A stretch of 64,000 bases of DNA from Candidatus Binatia bacterium (lineage in GTDB: Bacteria > Desulfobacterota > Binatia > HRBIN30): the NCBI GenBank assembly GCA_038245295.1, contig JBBRSP010000002.1, positions 160,001-224,000 of the forward strand, read 5' to 3'. The position numbers and the translations under genes are program-made. Every line of letters starts with the position of its first letter. The first letter of the stretch is position 1. This document shows, piece by piece, positions 59,143-64,000 of this stretch. The notes beneath the pieces are model-generated. The model was not told where the DNA came from and did no database searches. It was given only the letters and a program-made list of their open reading frames with translations.

Positions 59143-60103
59143 TAATTGCGGTGATCAACTCATTCGGCGTTACATCGAACGCCGGGTTGAGGATTTCCAC
59201 ACCGGCAGCGGCGACGCGACGCGCGCCGATGTGGGTCACCTCGCGTGGATTGCGACTCTCGATCGGGATGTGGTCGCCGTTCGGGCAATCGAGATCGATG
59301 GTCGACGTCGGCGCCGCCACATAGAACGGCACGCCGTGGCGCTGCGCCAACACGGCTAGCGTGTAGGTACCAATCTTGTTCGCCACATCGCCGTTGGCGG
59401 CAACGCGGTCGGCGCCGACAATGACACATTGGATCCCGTGTGTACGCATGACGTGGCCGGCCATGTTGTCGGTGATCAGCGTCGTCGGAATGCCTTCCTT
59501 CTGAAGCTCCCAGGCCGTCAATCGCGCTCCCTGCAGAAACGGGCGGGTTTCATTGGCGATGACGTTGACGTTCTTGCCGGCATCATGCGCCGCGCGCACA
59601 ACGCCCAGCGCCGTGCCGAAGCCGGCGGTCGCCAGAGCCCCGGCGTTGCAGTGGGTCATGATGGTGGCGTTGCGCGGCACCAGCCGCGCCCCGTGTTGTC
59701 CCATGGCGCGATTCGCCGCGATATCTTCGCGATGGATCAACTTGGCCTCGCGTAGCAACGCCGCGGCGATCTTGGCGGCGTCTCGCCCGCGCACCGTGGC
59801 GTAGACCTGGCGCATGCGTTCAATGGCCCAGAACAGATTGACGGCGGTCGGGCGTGTTGCCCCGAGGGTTTGACAAATCGTCTCGAACACGGCGTCGGGG
59901 TTGCGGCTACGCCGCTGCATGCCGAGCGCGATGCCGAACGCCGCCGCCACACCAATCGCCGGCGCGCCACGCACGACCATCGTGCGGATGGCCCGCGCCA
60001 CGCCACGATAGTCGTGGTAGGTCTGGTACTCCTCGCGTCCCGGCAAAACCCGCTGATCGATCATCACCACAGCGCCCTTGCGCCATTCGACTGTGCGAAT
60101 CAT
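59063..60103 (-). CDS. mtnA: S-methyl-5-thioribose-1-phosphate isomerase
   Basis: [46 protein letters not shown]. Confidence 0.96.
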   Translation of the reverse strand: MIRTVEWRKGAVVMIDQRVLPGREEYQTYHDYRGVARAIRTMVVRGAPAIGVAAAFGIALGMQRRSRNPDAVFETICQTLGATRPTAVNLFWAIERMRQVYATVRGRDAAKIAAALLREAKLIHREDIAANRAMGQHGARLVPRNATIMTHCNAGALATAGFGTALGVVRAAHDAGKNVNVIANETRPFLQGARLTAWELQKEGIPTTLITDNMAGHVMRTHGIQCVIVGADRVAANGDVANKIGTYTLAVLAQRHGVPFYVAAPTSTIDLDCPNGDHIPIESRNPREVTHIGARRVAAAGVEILNPAFDVTPNELITAIITERGVARAAYARSLRRVTRSPAPPR

Positions 60104-60398
60104 GGGGCGCAGCTTCGCTGCCTGCTTCTCTAAATGCAATCACAGCGGGGCCGCCAGCCCGGCGAAGGGCTGACCGTCGATCAAGATCAGCGCCATGTTT
60201 GTTCCCCCTCTCCCATACGGTGAGCCAGCAGCACTCCAATTCCTGAGGAGTGCAGCCTTGCCGAGCCTTGCCGCAATGTGACGGCGCGACGCTCTTGGTC
60301 CCGCAAAGTGCAAAGGGCGGATGGTGGGACCACTGCAATTCGCAATGGTCGTCCGGGTTCCGCAATCGCTTCTAGATGACCGATGCCGCCCAGTCTTC

Positions 60399-60415
60399 TT
60401 GGACTCGATCTTGCT
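60399..60415 (+). promoter_or_regulatory. putative sigma54 (-24/-12) promoter of the kdp operon
   Basis: TTGGACTCGATCTTGCT, GG-N10-GC spacing, 46 nt before the first ORF. Confidence 0.6.
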
Positions 60416-60460
60416 CCCCTCAAGATGATCGCGGGCACTTGAGCCCCCGAAGGAGGTTGT

Positions 60461-60544
60461 GTGCTGGATCTCATCTTCATTGTGGTCACGGTTGGATTCT
60501 TCGCGATTGCGTGGGTCTACGTGCGCAGTTGCGACTCACTGTAG
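60461..60544 (+). CDS. 27-aa hydrophobic peptide preceding kdpF
   Basis: AAGGAGG RBS; GTG; MLDLIFIVVTVGFFAIAWVYVRSCDSL. Confidence 0.7.
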   Translation: MLDLIFIVVTVGFFAIAWVYVRSCDSL

Positions 60545-60554
60545 GGGACGGCCA

Positions 60555-60644
60555 ATGACTCTCGAATATGGCATCGGCGCAATCGTCGCCGTGATTCTCA
60601 CCATCTATCTTCTTTACGCCCTGATCCGGCCGGAACGGTTCTAG
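60555..60644 (+). CDS. kdpF: K+-transporting ATPase subunit F
   Basis: MTLEY..YLLYALIRPERF. Confidence 0.92.
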   Translation: MTLEYGIGAIVAVILTIYLLYALIRPERF

Positions 60645-60653
60645 GAGTCGGTC

Positions 60654-62375
60654 ATGAGTCTCAATGGTTGGCTTCAGATTCTCGTCTTCTCCCTGGTGAT
60701 CTTGGCGGTGACGAAGCCGCTTGGCATCTACATGTTCCGCGTCTTCGAAGGCGAAGAGCGGCCTTGGCCGCGGATATTCGGACCTTGCGAACGAGCCCTG
60801 TATCGGCTGTGTGGCGTTGATCCGCGGGCCGAGCAAAGTTGGCAGGAGTACTCTGTCGCGTTGCTCGTCTTCAGCGCCATGGGAGTGCTCGTCACCTACG
60901 GTTTCGAGCGCCTGCAGCAGGTGTTGCCGCTCAATCCGCAGGGCTTCGATGCAGTGCCGCCCGAGCTCGCCTTCAATACGGCAGCCAGCTTCACGACGAA
61001 CACCAACTGGCAAGCCTACAGCGGCGAATCAACGATGAGCTACCTGACCCAGATGGCTGGGTTGGCTTGGCATAACTTCACGTCGGCGGCGGTCGGCATC
61101 GGTGTTGCCCTGGTGATCGCTCGTGGCCTGACGCGGCAGTTGCGACCCGACGCGCCGCGGACGATCGGCAACTTTTGGGTCGATGTCATCCGCGCCATTC
61201 TATACATTCTGCTGCCGCTGTGTATTCCCATCGCGTTGGCACTGGTCGCTGCGGGGCTGATCCAGAACTTCGCCCCCTACCTCGAGCTGACGACGCTCGA
61301 GGGCGTTAAGCAAACACTGGCGATGGGGCCGGTGGCTTCGCAGGAAGCCATCAAAGAGTTGGGGACCAACGGCGGCGGTTTCTTCAACGCCAACAGCGCC
61401 CACCCCTTTGAAAGCCCGACGCCGTTGACCAACTTCCTCGAAATGGTGCTGATCTTCACGATTCCGGCCGCCCTTACCTACACGTTCGGCCGCATGGCGC
61501 GCGACCAGAAGCAGGGATGGACCCTGTTCGCGGCGATGGCCGTCTTGTTCCTGGTCGGTGTGGGGGTCGCCTACAACGCCGAGGCCGGTGGCAATCCTGT
61601 CGTCAGCGGTCTGGCGGTGGACCAAACCGCCGGCAACATGGAGGGGAAGGAAACCCGCTTCGGGATCGCCAACTCGGCCCTCTTCGCCACCGTCACCACC
61701 GACGCGTCGTGCGGCGCCGTCAACTCGATGCACGATAGCTTCACGCCGCTCGGCGGCCTGGTGCCGCTGGTCAACATCCAGCTTGGCGAGGTCATCTTCG
61801 GCGGCGTTGGTGCGGGTCTGTATGGCATGCTGGTCTTCGCACTCCTCGCCGTGTTCATCGCCGGCCTCATGGTCGGTCGTACGCCTGAATATCTCGGCAA
61901 GAAGATCGAGCAGCGCGAGATCAAGCTGGCGATGTTTTATGTCCTGATCTTCCCGCTGATCATTCTCGGCTTCTCCGGATGGGCGGCCGTCTCGGACTTC
62001 GCGACGTCGTCGCTGAACAACGCCGGCCCACACGGGCTCAGCGAGATCCTCTATGCCTTCACGAGCGGCACCGGGAACAACGGCTCGGCGTTTGCGGGCC
62101 TTAATGCAAATACCTCGTGGTGGAACACGACGCTTGGCTTGTCGATGCTGGCTGGGCGCTTTCTGATGATCATTCCGGTGATGGCGATCGCCGGTTCGCT
62201 GGTTGGGAAGAAGGTGGTGCCGCCTTCCCTCGGTACGTTCCCTACCGACGGAGGTCTGTGGGTTGGGTTGCTGGTTGGCGTCATCGTCATCGTCGGCGCG
62301 CTCACCTTCTTCCCGGCACTCTCCTTGGGTCCGATCGTCGAGCACTTCCTGGCTCAAAACGGCAAGCTCTTTTAG
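60654..62375 (+). CDS. kdpA: K+-transporting ATPase subunit A
   Basis: [40 protein letters not shown]. Confidence 0.97.
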   Translation: MSLNGWLQILVFSLVILAVTKPLGIYMFRVFEGEERPWPRIFGPCERALYRLCGVDPRAEQSWQEYSVALLVFSAMGVLVTYGFERLQQVLPLNPQGFDAVPPELAFNTAASFTTNTNWQAYSGESTMSYLTQMAGLAWHNFTSAAVGIGVALVIARGLTRQLRPDAPRTIGNFWVDVIRAILYILLPLCIPIALALVAAGLIQNFAPYLELTTLEGVKQTLAMGPVASQEAIKELGTNGGGFFNANSAHPFESPTPLTNFLEMVLIFTIPAALTYTFGRMARDQKQGWTLFAAMAVLFLVGVGVAYNAEAGGNPVVSGLAVDQTAGNMEGKETRFGIANSALFATVTTDASCGAVNSMHDSFTPLGGLVPLVNIQLGEVIFGGVGAGLYGMLVFALLAVFIAGLMVGRTPEYLGKKIEQREIKLAMFYVLIFPLIILGFSGWAAVSDFATSSLNNAGPHGLSEILYAFTSGTGNNGSAFAGLNANTSWWNTTLGLSMLAGRFLMIIPVMAIAGSLVGKKVVPPSLGTFPTDGGLWVGLLVGVIVIVGALTFFPALSLGPIVEHFLAQNGKLF

Positions 62376-62392
62376 CGAAGGACCAAACTCCC

Positions 62393-64000
62393 ATGTCTAA
62401 AGCCACCAAAGATCTATCTCTGTTCGACCGCGACATTGTGCTCGCGGCGACGGTCGAGAGCTTCCGCAAGCTGGCGCCGCGCCATGTTGCCAAGAACCCG
62501 GTCATGTTCGTTGTCGAAGTCGGTAGTGTGCTGACCACGGTCATCTACTTCCGAGACCTGTTCGCGGCACCCGCCGGCGCCGCGCCGACATGGTTCACCC
62601 TGCTGGTGAGCCTGTGGCTCTGGTTCACCGTTCTGTTTGCCAACTTCGCCGAGGCGGTGGCCGAAGGTCGTGGCAAGGCGCAAGCCGCCAGCCTTCGAAA
62701 GATGCGCAAGGAGACCGCGGCGCGCAAACTGATCGACGGTCGCGAGCAGGAGGTGTCGGCATCCAGCCTCAGGAAGGGCGACGTCGTTGTGGTCGAAGCG
62801 GGCGAGCTGATTCCCGGTGACGGTGAGATCATCGAAGGCATCGCGTCGGTGGACGAGTCAGCCATCACCGGCGAATCCGCTCCGGTGATTCGCGAAAGCG
62901 GCGGTGATCGCTCGGCGGTCACCGGCGGCACGAAGGTCCTTTCCGATCGCATCGTCGTGCGCATCACGGCGAATCCCGGAGAGTCCTTCCTCGATCGCAT
63001 GATTGCGTTGGTCGAAGGCGCCAGTCGTCAGAAGACGCCGAACGAAATCGCCCTGCACATTCTCCTGGTCGGCCTGACGATCATTTTCCTGATTGCCTGC
63101 GTAACACTCGTGCCGCTGGCGCTCTATTCAAACATCCCGCTGTCGGCGACGGTTATTGTGGCGTTGCTGGTGTGTTTGATCCCAACGACGATCGGCGGAT
63201 TGCTGTCCGCCATCGGCATTGCCGGGATGGATCGCTTGCTGCGCAAGAACGTTCTGGCGATGAGCGGCCGCGCTGTCGAAGCGGCCGGCGACGTTGATAC
63301 CTTGCTGCTCGACAAGACTGGCACGATCACACTCGGCAATCGCATGGCTTCCGAGCTTCTGCCGGCCACCGGCGTGCAGATCGAGGAGCTGGCCGATGCG
63401 GCTCAGCTGGCGAGTCTGGCGGACGAAACTCCGGAAGGTCGATCGATCGTCGTACTCGTCAAGGAACAATACAATCTGCGCGGCCGCGACGTGCAGCAGA
63501 TCGGCGCTTCGTTCATTCCGTTCAGCGCTCACACACGCATGAGTGGCTGTGACCTGGATGGCCGGATGGTGCGTAAGGGTGCGGTCGATGCGATCTGTAA
63601 CTACGTGACGTCGCTTGGCGGGCATGTGCCGTCCGGCCTCGACGCGATCGTCCACGGTATTTCCGATACCGGCGGCACGCCGCTGGCCGTCTCCGACGGC
63701 AACCGCATTCTCGGCATCATTCATCTGAAGGACGTCGTCAAAGGCGGCATCAAGGAACGTTTTGAGCGCTTTCGCGCCATGGGCATCCGGACGGTCATGA
63801 TCACCGGTGACAATCCACGCACCGCGGCGGCGATCGCGCGCGAGGCCGGGGTCGACGACTTTCTGGCCGAAGCGACGCCCGAAGCGAAGATGCGTCTGAT
63901 CAAGCAGGAACAAGCAAAGGGCAAGTTGGTGGCGATGACCGGTGACGGCACCAACGACGCTCCCGCCCTGGCGCAAGCCGATGTGGGTGTCGCCATGAAC
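62393..64000 (+). CDS. kdpB: K+-transporting ATPase subunit B, runs off window
   Basis: [44 protein letters not shown]. Confidence 0.97.
   Translation, partial: MSKATKDLSLFDRDIVLAATVESFRKLAPRHVAKNPVMFVVEVGSVLTTVIYFRDLFAAPAGAAPTWFTLLVSLWLWFTVLFANFAEAVAEGRGKAQAASLRKMRKETAARKLIDGREQEVSASSLRKGDVVVVEAGELIPGDGEIIEGIASVDESAITGESAPVIRESGGDRSAVTGGTKVLSDRIVVRITANPGESFLDRMIALVEGASRQKTPNEIALHILLVGLTIIFLIACVTLVPLALYSNIPLSATVIVALLVCLIPTTIGGLLSAIGIAGMDRLLRKNVLAMSGRAVEAAGDVDTLLLDKTGTITLGNRMASELLPATGVQIEELADAAQLASLADETPEGRSIVVLVKEQYNLRGRDVQQIGASFIPFSAHTRMSGCDLDGRMVRKGAVDAICNYVTSLGGHVPSGLDAIVHGISDTGGTPLAVSDGNRILGIIHLKDVVKGGIKERFERFRAMGIRTVMITGDNPRTAAAIAREAGVDDFLAEATPEAKMRLIKQEQAKGKLVAMTGDGTNDAPALAQADVGVAMN

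Noticed and set aside
60226..60260. GAGGAGTGCAGC hairpin as a SAH or c-di-AMP riboswitch
   Set aside because: Does not match the consensus as I recall it, is on the wrong strand for mtnA, and shows no ydaO core; an Rfam scan would settle it.

Overview
High-GC bacterial chromosome segment, probably from a Deltaproteobacteria-like lineage. The CVGDC dockerin-like secreted domain and the many Mycobacterium-like lipid/F420 genes suggest Candidatus Binatia (inference only). The first ~18.5 kb is accessory-looking: five toxin-antitoxin loci (two damaged), a 2,147-aa zinc-ribbon/class III adenylyl cyclase/STAND-ATPase/TPR/7x SnoaL-like protein with a collapsed paralog pseudogene beside it, a PAS + metallo-beta-lactamase pair, an arylsulfatase and a GAF histidine kinase/response regulator pair. 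The remainder is mostly housekeeping and metabolic: uvrC, dnaB, malQ, GH31, comEA, bolA, ppiD, a thiolase-DUF35-PHP-MaoC operon, a SWIM-SNF2 helicase, F420 LLMs, gshB, mtnA and kdpFAB. The most striking non-coding signal is a set of at least five REP-like palindrome families plus short non-autonomous transposons (MITEs) that carry REPs and insert into REP hairpin loops with clean target-site duplications. These include a Russian-doll nest at 50009-50435 and one REP unit translated in frame inside the giant cyclase. No tRNA, rRNA, CRISPR array or transposase gene was recognised. All family calls come from motif reading, not database searches.
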